A stretch of DNA of 64,000 nt from Antedon mediterranea. Taxonomy: Eukaryota; Animalia; Echinodermata. The DNA lies in assembly GCF_964355755.1 (NCBI RefSeq), contig NC_092674.1, positions 11,222,001 to 11,286,000 of the forward strand. The letters run 5' to 3'. Position 1 is the stretch's first letter; every line of letters begins with the position of its first letter. Positions 1-13,605 of the stretch are shown here, in pieces. Made by a program: the position numbers and the translations under genes. The notes under the pieces are model-generated. The model ran no database searches. It saw only the letters and a program-made list of their open reading frames with translations, and was not told the origin of the DNA.

Positions 1-2759
1 TAACATTGACATTTGTACAGATGAGATAAAATAACATATTTCAGAACGTACAATTGTTTATATTGTATATCAATTTTTTTTCACAAATTTTTAATTTTTA
101 AAAAAATTGTTCATTTCTGTATTGTATACAATTGTTACTGTGTTCACCACCTCTCAATATTAATTATGTTGTATTATTTATATCTAGGGGCATTTATTTG
201 ATATACGTGTTTTGACCATAGTACACCCAAAAAAGCGGATAAGTTTTTGTTTCGGTAATACTTATTTTTCATCACTGCTTCAATTCTTTCATTGTTAATT
301 GAAAACATTCACATTTCATATATAAATCATATTGTGCAATGTTAGCATCAAATGGTGTTATTAATTTTATGAGATAGTACTATTAAATTGAATGATGTAA
401 GTGGTTTGTGTGGATGTACTACTACTTGAATTGTAACAAAACAACATGTTAGGCATAGAAGCATAAAAATAATAGCAGCAGTCAAAATAATAGTAATGTA
501 TAATATTTTTTACAATGTAATTTAATGAGAAAAAGTGGAGGAATTCATGACATTGCATACACATTGACACAGTTCAAAACCCTTGATCTACAACTTTAGA
601 TAGAAAACATGATGACTGGGCTATTTTTGTGTAAAAAAAGCGGCAATGCTGTCTTCAAGAAAGAACGAGAAACAATAATGGGATTACGTTTGCAATAATA
701 GTAAATCTAGTATTTTCAACAATACAATCATCAAAATATGCACGAAAAAAGAATAAAATAAAATATATTGGATGATGAAATTTAAAGGCAAAATATTAAG
801 ATGAAATTGTCATACAGAACTGATTTGCTGAATTATGAATTGTTAATAATGTACAGTATTAATAAAGGTGACAAGGTCACAAGACAACTACACATAAAAT
901 ATGAATATGATTAGCTTCTATAAATAATATCTAGCAAATAATCAATACTTAAATACACGATCTGATTTTAAAAAAAAACCTCCTATTTAAAAAAAAAACC
1001 AGTTTAATATACATTATTAATATCATTTTATATTTTAAGAAATATTTGCCTTTAATGGAATTGTTTTCGATTGAGGCAGGATTATTTAATGAATTAAATT
1101 AATTTGTAAACGTCATCAGCCAGTGGGAAACCTGAAGTTAACAGGATGCAACCTAGTGTGACATCACACGTGTTTGATATACTATAACATCAACGATGGA
1201 TAATACAATTAGGCTACAATATGCGTTGTGCTAGATACACTCGCTCAAAGCATCAGTAGCTAGAAATCACTTTCTATATCTTTAATTATATAAATATAAT
1301 TTTAAAATATCTAATCTATATATCAGCCTGTATCTGGATTCCTTATTTGGTTTTGTAAGTTAGTTTTAATTTACATTTATATTTGGAGATTTAAATTAAT
1401 ATTTAATTAATAAGAATATTTCTTATTTTTTGTTAATATATCTTGAAATGCAATATTATAGTTATAAAATATTAAATTATATTATAATTATTATAAATCC
1501 CCACCACATCCTAATTTTCCTTTTTCTAACAATAGTTTGCAAAATCGTAATTGTTCTGTAATTTAAAGTTATATATTTGTCTATTTTAAACACCGTTAAG
1601 CTATCATATACCATCACCATAACCAATCAATCAGAAGAGTCTTAAGCTTAAAGGTAAGAAGTGAAAATATTGAGATCGTCACAGCATAGAAATCCCCCTA
1701 GTAAAGTGACATATTACACAGTGGTACATTCTCTTTCATCTACAATTGCGTCATGGTAACCAACTAAAGGTTACCCATGTTCCTAGGGGCAGGTGGCAGG
1801 CTGATGATGATAGATACTCTGCTTTTCAACTTTTTTGCATTTTGTAATGTCTTTCTTTATATATTACAAAATTAACATATCATGTAGTTAGGCATCTAAT
1901 TTCTATCTCCTGCTAAACTGTTGAGAATAATCATTGATTTTTGTGGTTTTTTTTTTATGATCTAAATTACTCTTTGATTATCAGAGGAAATTATATAATG
2001 ATTTCTATATTTTACTCAACATCTACACAACTCAATACGAATACATATAACATGCGTCACAAATATATTTGTTGAAAGGATATTACAGTATTAATATTGC
2101 TAAGAATTCCATAAGATAAAATAAAGTAAGTTCCAAAGGTGGCTCTAAGGTGGTACCAAAGGTGACCCTTATAGGGGTTCCACTGTAATACTAATAGATA
2201 TATAATAAATAATGTTCATTATAGAAAATTACGCAAGTGTATTTTCTTTGTTGACTTAGGATTTATACACAATTCAATAGGAATATATACAACGATAAAG
2301 ATGTATCGTAAATTCAGTTAAATCGGTCAGACACATAAATGAATGTTATTACTAAAGGAGGCCAGTTAATCTAGTTAGCAACCTGAGGTCAAAGGTTACA
2401 CTTATCAATCAGGATTGGTTGTATCACCTGTATTTAATATCTATTGACTGGATTAAGAAACTAAATTTTAATGAAAATATTAACCGTAAATTGTGGAAAT
2501 AGAACAGAAGCTTAATAAACTTATCATTATATTATTATTTTAATTAAAGTTGCTAGACTTTTCTATAGTAATATTAATCATCATGATTAAAACAGTGATA
2601 TACAGTAAATAATAACAACAAATAAATACAAAATACTATAAAAACACAAACAATTACAATTTCAGTAATAAAGGTACTCCAAAAAAATGTTGTATAGACA
2701 GACAATCAATCAATGAACAATCCTTCAACTACAAAAACAGAAAGCAACTGACAAATACT

Positions 2760-3690
2760 AAATCAATCAATCAACATACAATCTATTAATCGATCAACCA
2801 AGAAATCATGCAATCATAAATTAACCCACCAAATTGATAAACCAACACAATCTATTATCAATCAACTAACAAATCTATCGATCGATCAAGCAACAAATCT
2901 ATTAATTGATCAACCAACAAATCTATCCATCGATCAACAAATCTATTAATTGATCAACCAACAAATCTATTAATTGATCAACCAAAAAATCTATCCATCG
3001 ATCAACAAATCTATCAATTGATCAACCAACAAATCTATCCATCGATCAACCAACAAATCTATTAATTGATAAACCAAAAAACCTATTCAATGATAAACCA
3101 ACAAATCTATCAAATCAACCAAAAAAATCTATTCAATAATAAACCAACAAATCTATTTATTGATTAACCAACAAATCTATTTAATTGATCAACCAACAAA
3201 TCTATTAATTGATCAACCAACAAATCTATTAATTGATAAACCAACAAATCTATTAATTGATAAATCAACAAATCTACTAATTGATCAACCAACAAATCTA
3301 TTAATCAATCAACCAACAAAATCTATTCATTGATAAACCAACAAATCTATTAATCAATCAACCAACAAAATCTATTTATTGATAAACCAACAAATCTATC
3401 AATCGATCAACCAACAAATCGATCAACCAACAAATAGATCAACTAAAAAATCTATTAATCAACGAACAAACGTATCAATCAATCAACAAATAAATTAATC
3501 AATAAATCTATTCATTGATAAACCAAAAAATCTATCGATTGATCAACCAACAAATCGCTCAATCGATCAACCAACAAATCGATCAACCAAGAAATCTATT
3601 AATCAATCAACTATTCAAACGTATCAATCAACCAACAAATAAATTAATCAATAAATCTATAAATTGATCAACCAGCAAATTAATTATTCA
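2760..3690. repeat. Degenerate ~23-bp minisatellite (consensus ~ATCAACCAACAAATCTATTAATTG)
   Basis: Dozens of imperfect tandem units, most regular at ~3180-3400; edges fuzzy. Confidence 0.95.
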
Positions 3691-6010
3691 ACAAGAAAAT
3701 CCTAGCCTAATTTGATGGTAATATTGGGATATTGTTATCAGATTTAAAAAAAAAGAAAAAAAGAATACAAATTGTATTGCTTTTAATCATTACAGAAATG
3801 TATCAAAAGTTATCTCTAGTCACCTGTTTTCAGGTCAAAAATATATATGCATGTTTTTCTTGTGCTTGCAAGGGCCATTATGCCACAAATCACCATTAAA
3901 ATTAATCTTGCCAACACAAACTATCCACAGCGAGATATCAGTGAATTTATAATTACACTCATTAAGACTAAATCTACACTTATGATTCTTTACGATCATT
4001 AGGAAAAGCGTAGCATCAGAAAGGATTAACATCACGTTGAGTTTTCCATTATAATCTTGTACACAAATCCAACGCAGGAGCACTCCACATCGAGTTAAAA
4101 CCACAACTGATACACATTATAATTCCTCTTAATTCCATAAAATATGCACCAACCAAGATTTTCCATTATCGCTATATAATTTAGTTAAAATGTGCTTTAT
4201 AGATCCGCAAAGAAAATGGAAAATTGAGGCAGGGATGAGGGAGACGGAAGATTAAACTTGATAAACAGGAAATCTGTTGTGAAAGTGCTAAACGTAATCA
4301 TTTTAAAAGTGAAATATTAGTAACAAATTATTTATCAATGTACTATAATTTCAGTATATTAAGAATAAAATGTATTTAATAATTTATCATCATTAAAATT
4401 TAATTGGGTGGTCCACACTATGCATCTACAAGATTCTCTGTACTGTATCTCCACTCTGCCGAGTATCATAGTATACAAATTGTATAACACAGTGTCACAT
4501 ATATGCATCACATACCTGTATATGTTAAGATTATGTAGGTTATAGGCTTATGGCCTATGATACAGGTGCACATATATGACACTTATTTAATTTTTTTACT
4601 TTTTTTCCCCAAAAAACATGAAAAATTAAGATTAATTATCAGTCTTTGAATAGGTTATTTTGTAGTTTTAATAAAGTTAATCACTTCTGTAGAAAAAAAA
4701 ATGTTACTTGTCTGTGGTACCCAACTATATTCTGATATACTTTATCATGTTGTAGAAGAATGAGCAAAAAGAAATTAGGCCTAACAGTACACTTTAGGCC
4801 TCTAATGAAACAAGATGAAATCAAATATTTATAAATATAGAAGCAATACTTGAGAAATTCACAGTTGCATTTTATGTTTCCTGTTGCACTGAAAAGATAG
4901 CTGAATGTGTTAATTGACAATTTTACTGTTTCCATTAAACTTTACATTTACAAAGATATTTAACAACTAGAGTATCGACTGTTAACTGAATGATAAGAGA
5001 CACTACAATTGGGTTTGAGATTTCAGACTACTGAGTAAATACAGACTTAAATGCAATGCGATTGGTATGACGTAAGAGATATTGAACCCGCTCCTGAAAG
5101 GCATGGGCTCAAGATTTGACTGTACCATAGATAGCTTGTATTCTTTATGCAAGACGCTTTTACTTGCCTTGTCATTCACATGAAACATAAAGCCGTTTGG
5201 TCCCATGGACATACATTGCACATGTGCACGAAACAGAATTTTGTACCATATTCCAAAAGAGTAAGGAAGCATCTCGCAGAATGCAGTACTGTATAACAGC
5301 ATCAGAAGGAATTGTAATATCACGAACTTGTGTAAAAACAATCAATATTGATTGAACAAGTTGTACTGCACATCAGTCTCGTGTCTAAATAAAGTTTATA
5401 TATACTGTATATGAATAGATTTATCTATGGACTTTTAATTACAAAATAAACAAAACATTGTGCCAATAAAACAATATTTATAGATTTTCTATCCTCCAAC
5501 CCCATGTACCCATATTTGTCTTCATCAATATATAAAATATAAAAATACACTATATTTACATCACATTTAATTTATTTTAATTTGATTAAAACAATTCAAG
5601 ATGATTATTGTACAGTGATAGCAATACCTTAATTGCTATCACAAGTGCTACAAATTTGACATTGCCAATGAGTTTGACAAGCCATTAGGCTGACCCAGAC
5701 CTTCACAAATACAGTGGTCCCTAAGGATACAAGGTGTTGACAGAACATGGCTTGTTACATGACAAAACATGATCACACTAAACAGATTGAACATGTTACT
5801 ATGACTGACAAGGAATCATCTGCCACTGGCATACACTGTTTCTACTAGAATGGATAAAACAGCTTCAAAATTGTGAGCTGGATTATTAAATCAGTTACAT
5901 TCAGTTATGGACGGTGCACACTATAGGTTTTATTCAAATGCAGTTGCCAGTGCCGCTGATTCTTAAAATGTTTGGAAAAAGCTGTAATAGTAGGCCTACC
6001 TCTAAAAAAC

Positions 6011-6275
6011 AATAATGATGATGATAATGCTGATAACAATGCGTTATAATGATGACATTGATGATGATGATGTTGATAATGATGCGTTATAATGATGACA
6101 TTGATGATGATGATGTTGATAATGATGTTGATGTTGTTAATGATGTTGATGTTGTTAATGATGATGTTGATGATGATGACATTGATGATGATGATGACAT
6201 TGATGATAATGATGACATTGATGATAATGACATTGATGATTTTGATGATGATGATGATGATGATGTTGATGATGT
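6011..6275. repeat. Imperfect (GAT)n/(ATG)n microsatellite
   Basis: Long run of GAT/GTT/GAC/AAT triplets; explains the poly-D, poly-M and poly-I ORFs at 5905-6325. Confidence 0.97.
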
Positions 6276-6974
6276 TTTTATGCAAGATATGTTGTGATGG
6301 TCACGTTTTGGTTAAAATGAAATGATTTCAAACTAATAAAAATGCATTTCAATTTCTAGAATGCCATACTAACAAATAGTGTAGTATTAATATTATTATA
6401 AGAAGATGCAAATCACTAACAAACAATATAAAGTAAATGTTTTGTGAGCGAAGTATATTGAAAGATTAATCTGCATACAATGAAGAAAGATAAACAGCTA
6501 TTTCTGGAACGACTCAACATAAAGAAATACATAAAGCAAACCAAGTGAAGGCTGAATAAACTAATAATTCTAACATAAATGAATTAGTCTCACTACTCCA
6601 GACCAATTTATCAGGCTCGCAAAAAATGTCAAGAATATGACCTTTGATAGTCTAAGGAAGTTTATAACACTGTCGCCATGGCGATAACATCTTGTCTTCA
6701 TTATATTTCACCTCAAGCAGACACCAATGTATTGATGGGGGAATAAACTGTCTTTGATATCATAGCTCACTATCACATTTGGAAATTTCTGATGCATTTC
6801 TGATTTATAACATGAAGTGCCAATCACAGTAAATGCATCATTACTCCTTTTAAATAAATTAAATAACTTTAAAAATAGTGTGAACAATATAATTTTAAAG
6901 AATTATTATGTAGGCCTATAATATCACAACAAATATACATATGGGATGATCATGATGATGAAAAGGCATTCCTG

Positions 6975-7299
6975 TTAAAAGATGTATTGTCCCCAAAAAA
7001 CATGAAAAATGAAGATTAATAATCAGTCTTATAGGTTATTTTGTAGTTTTAATAAAGTTAATCACTTCTGTAGAAAAAAAAAATGTTTTCAGTTTATAAA
7101 ACGACAAAATAAATGGGTAAATTCAACTAAAAACCCTTTTAATATGACCATTTGTTTTGCTTTAAATTACTGTTTTTTTCTGGTAAAATTAATAAAAAAA
7201 TGTTTTGATCCAATTTTTTGTCACACTGGATAATTGTCATTAAAAATGCCATATTCAACAAAAAAACAAGATTTTTTCAGGTGAACAATACTTCTTTAA
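6975..7299. mobile_element. Old TTAA-flanked (Kolobok-like) MITE, family A
   Basis: Left end TTAA-AAGATGTATTGTCC, right end GAACAATACTTCT-TTAA (imperfect inverted termini). Near-identical ~100-bp fragment at ~4605-4705 and a further fragment at ~16312-16400. Confidence 0.65.
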
Positions 7300-7569
7300 T
7301 TCAAGTTACGATAATTATGATGTTGATGATCATGTATATGATTTTCAATGATGAAAATGGTAATGTATATTTTGATGATAATTATGATAGGCAGGGAAAA
7401 ATTTCATTTTAAAATTTTGTTTAGCAATTATTGCTAATCAAACTGATTTTTTAGTCGAGAAACATAGTTTTGTATTGTCTTTTTTGCTACACAATTTTAG
7501 AAATGTGTAGCAATAAGGTTGTTTTGTATAGCTTTTTGCTATGCTACACTGGCAAAATTATTCCCTGAT

Positions 7570-7690
7570 ACTAATAGGCTGTTAATGATGATAATGTAAA
7601 TGATGATAGGACTATTAATGATGATATTAAATGATATGGCCATTGATAATGATGATGATGATGATGATGATGGTGATTAAGATGATTTGA
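7570..7690. repeat. Degenerate (GAT)n microsatellite
   Basis: GAT/AAT triplet run with a pure (GAT)n core at ~7650-7675. Confidence 0.85.
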
Positions 7691-8954
7691 TTCTTATGAT
7701 ACAGGTAGTAATGAAAATGAATGTAAATATTTTTGATAAAGATAATTGATGGTGATGATATTGTTGATAATGCTTATTACGACGATATTGAATAAATGTG
7801 TTGTTACTAAATATAATGAAAACAATCCTGATAGCAAAAGAAGGAGGATGAAGTCATTAACTATCCCTATCACCATCTCTATCTTGAAATTGAATAGCAA
7901 TGCAAACACAATAAAGCATAAGTTATTGTCCTATAAAACCTGGCCTTCTTGGAATTATTTGTTCGTTACGTGGCTATTAAGTGATATTTTTTACCACCTC
8001 CTATTATTCTCACACTATCTATAATTGCGATGGAAGTCTTAACCAGGTTGCCATGTTCATTTTACTCGCCCGAAAGCACTTCTATTTTTATACCGCGTCA
8101 AGTGGCCATAGGCTACTGCATTCCACCACACTTACTCAGAAAAATTGGTATTATTTGAAAACATGTACAATGAGAACAATAGTACTTGTGTTGCATACTG
8201 TTAGTTGTACTTTTCTTTAGTTTTCTAGCCTGAACTTAATTTGTATGTGCAATAGTTGCTCCTGGCTGATGACTAATCCTAGTATGTATGAATATGGAAC
8301 ATTAAAATGTTCAATAAAACATTTAATTTAAACAGGAACCCATTTATGCTCATTGTACATATGCTTTACAGTACAATGACATAGGATACAAGATCTAGTA
8401 AAATAACGTAAGGTCGATGGTTGAATATTCATACTTTGGCACTTAAAGAAGATAGATAATGTTATGAGCAACATTAATGACTACAACATACACTATGAAT
8501 CCACTATTGATAGACACCAAATCTGCAGCCGATTTTGGTAAAGTATCTGTAATTTGTATAGTAGGCCTACCATGCAAATTTAGTGATACAGTATCGCTCA
8601 ACTTTACATGTGATGTTGTATCTAGCCTAGTCAATAACTGCATGTGATTACATAACTTGCCTATGATACTAGACAAGCTATTAGTGGAGATACAATACTG
8701 TACAGAGAATTTGGTGAAATTTTGCTAAAAGTGAAACCCAATAATCACAAGGTCCTAAAAAATGGTCTGCTACAAAAAAGTCCAAATGTTAGTGCCAAGA
8801 ATTGTAATTAAAATCATAACATTTATTCATTTAATATCTAGCCCTTCCTATACTTTGTTTTGGTGGCGCTTCATAGAACTCATTTAATCACAAAGATCAT
8901 AAGAAACAGAATAAATTTAATGTGCTGAACACCGGACTATCCTATATAGCTTTT

Positions 8955-9099
8955 AAGCTTTGTCTTTATGTGACAAAAAAATGTGCCCATATATAGATAC
9001 GATGATGTCATATCACAAACATATTTGGGCATATCACTACCATATTTGGGCACATCACACTTTTTTTGTAAAACTAGTTTGATAGTGTAGACAGAGCTT
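8955..9099. mobile_element. Short MITE, partial copy (second copy at ~35625-35747)
   Basis: Both copies share GTGCCCATATAT..GATGATGTCAT, tandem TCACTACCATATTTGGGCA units and the end ATAGTGTAGACAGAG; left end AAGCTTTGTCT partly mirrors right end AGACAGAGCTT. Confidence 0.75.
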
Positions 9100-10774
9100 T
9101 TAGAATGGTTTAAACCAATCTTTGTAAATAATAATAAAATAAGAAAATAGATGAACAATTATTAATATTAAACGATAAAAACAAACACTACAGTATATAT
9201 TAGGAAAACTTATCTTATATATTATCATTCATAATTTAATTATTAATATTTTAATCCACATTGATTAAACCAAATTAGATGTCTAACTGGAAGACAAGCT
9301 TAATTTTAAGTGTTTTTTCATAGTGTTACACTGTCTGGTACTGTACAGACTCTGTTGGTTTAAATATGCCGTAAATTTTAAACAAATATTGAATTTAAAC
9401 TGGGAGGTATCCTTCAACTTAATTCAATAAAAACAAGTTAATAAAACAAAATCTTACTTTTACTGCTTCTATATATCCTATTAGATAACTGCAAGAGAAA
9501 AAAAAATTAAAGTTAACATTTTTTTAATTGGTTTTTTTTAATTAAGCTCTGTAACATCTTTTAAAGAGTTTTTAAAGAATGCAAGTATCATCATAAAGTA
9601 AGATATAGCCCAATAAGGATGTCTTACTGATTCCTTAAAACTTCCCCTACTCAATATGAAGCTGTCTTTCAGGTATTTATAAACGCTATCAAAATCATAT
9701 TTATTATTATTTATTTACTGTAGTGAGACAAATAACACAAATTCCCAACATGCTTCTGGGGATGTGGCTCCACACTGCCCCTTTAACGGACGTAAAATCT
9801 CACGTTCTTTGCATGCACCCCATAGTGAAGAAACACAAATGTCTGAATATATTGCTCACTTTACTGTTGAACAGGTATATAGGTTAAAGGTCAAGCAAAG
9901 ACAACTAGTAAGATACTAATAATATCTTAAATTGGGTTAAGTATTTCATTATTTAAAGCATAGTTGCAATGATAAGAATGTAAATAGTCAGTTAAGATAG
10001 ATGGTCACAATAAATAGCCATACTTGTTTATGTATGTATACGCAGTATATAACGTATATAAAATATATTTTGACGTTGAGAACCGTAAACCAATATCTGG
10101 TCAATTGCGATAGAGAGTATCGTTGATACGTTTATGTTACTGAAAATAAGAACAACTTAGGTAACTCAAGTTACTGAATACGCTTTAGGTTAACAACAAA
10201 TCACAAGTCGAATCAGCTTCATTTAGCTGCATCAAATATTTTAAAAATACATTCTCATTTATATAAATTTTTCACCTACGGTATCTTTTTTTCCCCTACT
10301 TAAATCCATTTTATTGGATATTTTTATTAGCATATTTTAATGTACTGTTTATGTTCCAGGTCTGAGGACAGTACTCTGATGTTATTGCGCAATGCTGCAC
10401 AATCCTTGTGTCGTTTGTGCACATTGTTATTGTTTTATTCATATTCACTAATGAAACTCTTTTTTGGAGTCTTTATTAAAAACCACAGTATTTTTCATAA
10501 TCTTATGACGAAAAAGATTAATTTAATTTTACTTATTAACTGCAAAACATTTCTGTTGCTGCACAATCTGTTTCGCAATTGTATTTTCATAAGTGACATG
10601 TCGTCAACTTTACAGTAGATAGATTGAATGAAATGGTATCATTTTACAGTAGTTGAAATTAAAATCATTAAGGTATGAAATTAACATACTGAGTAACAAT
10701 AATCTCAATCTGCAGTATTACACATTAATTGCATCTTTTAATTCATTTTAAAATATATATTAACTACTGTACAC

Positions 10775-11574
10775 TGGTCTGTTTCTGCTGCGATTAAAAT
10801 GTTTATTTCAAAATATTTATTTTACATTTTACTCTTAAATAACCGTTTAAATCAGCGGGTGGTTGTTGACGGAAATTGTTAGCATTACCCAAAATGCAAT
10901 AGGCTTATTGCAGTGTGGTTGACTCATGGTCAGCGGCTGTCAATCAAATAACTGTTATTTTGCATTGCAGCTAAAAGTTGCACAGAAAATTAATAACCAG
11001 TTAAATGCTGTTCCAACACCAATTCAATTCATCTTTTTTTACCCAACCTGCCTTTCGATCCCCCAAATTTGGAACAAGTTATTCCTTCCTGGCCCGAATT
11101 AGAATTTGTCATTTCTGGCAATGTTGTAGCCTCTGCTTTCAAAGTCTCTTTTTGTTTTTTTATTGACTTGGTTCCCCATATTCTCCTTTAATTTTTTATA
11201 AATTATCTTTCTAAATCTCCTATTTGTTCCTTTTTAATTTTCCCGAAATATTTGTTTCCCCAACAGGTTATTTGCAAATGTTGTGATGTTGTTCCTTACT
11301 TTCGTTGACTATAGATTATCGATGCAGCTAGCAGAAAATTAAAATGATACGGTATTTTTTGTTGGCAGCGGGGAAAAGGGTACCCAAAATACAGTATAAA
11401 TTTATAAATGATGGCATATTTTATCCACAAATTTGGTGGGGAAAATATGGTATACAAAATACAGCATATTTTCTATAAGTGCTGTTTTTCCACTGCCAAA
11501 AATATACCGTATATATACGGTATTACAAAATAACGTATTAAATACTGTATTTACTTGGCAACAAAAACAGGGCC
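10775..11574 (-). mobile_element. Decayed non-autonomous PIF/Harbinger-like element carrying a Myb/SANT remnant
   Basis: Termini TGGTCTGTTTCTGCTGC ... GGCAACAAAAACAGGGCC-ATA; colinear with 22373-23181, including ATACCGTAT subrepeats and a degraded Myb ORF at ~11050-11320 (..NSGQEGITCSKF..). Confidence 0.8.
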
Positions 11575-11880
11575 ATAGAAAAAATACATTCTTCAACAAT
11601 GTACAGTACCGTACATGGAGTTCTTTGATATTATATCATTATCTACTTATTATGATGCTTATTATACAATTTCAAAACAGAAATGTAATGACAAAAGTTA
11701 ACCTTTCAACTTAAATTCAACTCCAAAACATTCATTGGTTATATTTTCATCTTTGCAAAACTTCTACCTACTTCAGGTCATTTTGAGAGTGTTGATGTAC
11801 GCATTTCATACTAAGTGTATTTTAATGATCTGTTTGTACACGTTTTACGACTGACCTCCATTAAAATCTATTACATAGAT

Positions 11881-12048
11881 ACAGTCAATTTTCTCATAAC
11901 CGGACACCTTTAGGCCAAAAACGTCTGGTTTCTGGAAAGTCAAACCAGGTGTTGAGAATGCATTAACATAGACAGGATCGAAATACTGATTCTTACTTTA
12001 GGATTTCCGGTATTCAGAGAGACTGTTTTATTGCGAAAAAGTGTACTG
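11881..12048. mobile_element. Degenerate Tc1/pogo-like MITE
   Basis: Starts TA-CAGTCAA..TAACCGGACACC, ends ..TCCGGTATT..GTACTG; CAG...CTG termini. Confidence 0.45.
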
Positions 12049-12771
12049 TGGTGTATTCTCTTTTAAAATAAGCATAAATTGATCTTAGGACTCATCAAAT
12101 TTTGGAACTACATGACATTTTTGAACATTATCATTTTCAGTTTCAAATCGTTTTTTAGGGTAAAAAAGTTTTAAAAAATGTAATAAACCATGTTGGTAAA
12201 TCACATTAGTAGTAAGACCCTCACCCAAAAAAAATCTATACAAAAAAATAAAACATAATAAGAATCTGACATGCCTGTCGCATCCAGACATGGCCAGTGG
12301 CGTATGACTTTAACATAGTAACATTCTCACATTGCTACATCACAATAGCTAATAGAACTCCTCACCAAAACAAATTATTAAAAACTTTGGCTTAAACTTA
12401 AACCGTATAAATGGTATATTCTAAAATTTTGTACAGGATATGAATTGAACGCAACTACAGTCCCCAGTCCCCGGCTTGTTTCAATATTCCTAATCATCTA
12501 TGCTGGAAATTGTAACAGGTCAATGACATTAAACACATTAGATATCTAGGTCATTTATGATATGCGAAAGGGTGTGAAGAACAAGTACAGTATATCACAA
12601 GCTCACCTATATTTTTCCCTTTGTGTCATATGGTATGAGGTAATCAACAAGGTCAAAAGACATTTTATAAAATTGGGAGCTGTTGCTAAGGTATTTAAGT
12701 ACAAGTCTTTATTGAGATAATACAAATAATAAAATATTTACACATTTGTTTAACAAGAAAGTGTCTCTTAA

Positions 12772-13397
12772 AGCCCCCTTCCCTACGTTTTTTAGATCTA
12801 ATTTAAGATCACAAACTATATTTAATGTAAAAATAATACTATATGGTCCTATTGCGATAACTTTTTTCGTCTTTAAACGGTTAAAAATGTGAAAAATAAG
12901 TCAATTCTAATATTTATAGCGGCCCGCTATAAATCCCAAAATGCATTGCGCGCGGATTGATATTTTTGTTTTTCACCTGTAATTCGCCCACTTTTCGATC
13001 GATCGTGAGGCCAAAACAAATGGAAGACTCCTAACTTTTCAGCGAAAATACCGGGTTTTCCCCAATTTGTATCAACGGAGTCTGGCAAAAATAGAAAGAC
13101 AGTTAATGCAGCAACTATACAACGTCAGGCTAGGTATATAGCTAGCGTACGATGTTCGTACGTTACCGATGTTTACCAGCTAGGCCTACAAAACTAAGCC
13201 TAGCTAGGCTAGGCCTAAGACCGTCCACGAGAGGTCAATCGCCGCGAGCTATTTAGGTAGTGCATTGTTTCTCACTTTTTATCATAATTTACCATAAAAC
13301 GTACATTTAAGACAAGGAATGACATGGTTTAATGTTTTTAAAGTGATATATATGTATTATTTCCCAAAAAACGTCCAATATTGCAGGGAAGGTGTGT
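12772..13397. mobile_element. Kolobok-like MITE, family B, copy 1 (~626 bp)
   Basis: TTAA on both sides (12768-71, 13398-401); inverted termini AGCCCCCTTCCCTAC / GCAGGGAAGGTGTGT; nearly identical to 31969-32595. TTAA TSD with AG..CT ends fits Kolobok/T2-type rather than piggyBac (CC..GG). Confidence 0.9.
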
Positions 13398-13454
13398 TTA
13401 ATAATACCAAAAGAAGAAAAATCACCTAAACAGATTTGAATCTCTAATCTATAG

Positions 13455-13605
13455 CAGAAGTTCTCTGTGCACTACACAGGACCAATGGCTTAACATCTTA
13501 TCTGAAGGATGATGCAATGAGAGTAAACCTTGATAACCTAATACAAAAACTGTCGCTCAAACCCATCCGATTCATACACAAGTGTGCTTCTTACCACTGC
13601 GCCAT
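13455..13605 (-). mobile_element. Degenerate tRNA-derived SINE with Nin/Deu-like core
   Basis: Minus strand: A-box TGGCGCAGTGG, B-box-like GGTTTGAGC, then TCCTTCAGATAAGATGTTAAGCCATTGGTCCTGTGT. Confidence 0.6.

Noticed and set aside
2760-3690. CRISPR-like array
   Set aside because: Units are contiguous and degenerate with no unique spacers; eukaryotic context, no cas genes.
5003-5341. 112-aa ORF or possible LINE RT remnant
   Set aside because: No recognisable motif in the frames I translated; stops in the alternative frames.
5905-6325. Asp-rich, Met-rich and Ile-rich ORFs (acidic biomineralisation-like protein?)
   Set aside because: Open in several frames on both strands only because of the (GAT)n microsatellite; no signal peptide or splice context.
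12772-13397. piggyBac assignment from the TTAA TSD
   Set aside because: Termini begin AG and end (C/G)T rather than CC..GG; Kolobok/T2-type fits better, though unproven without a transposase.
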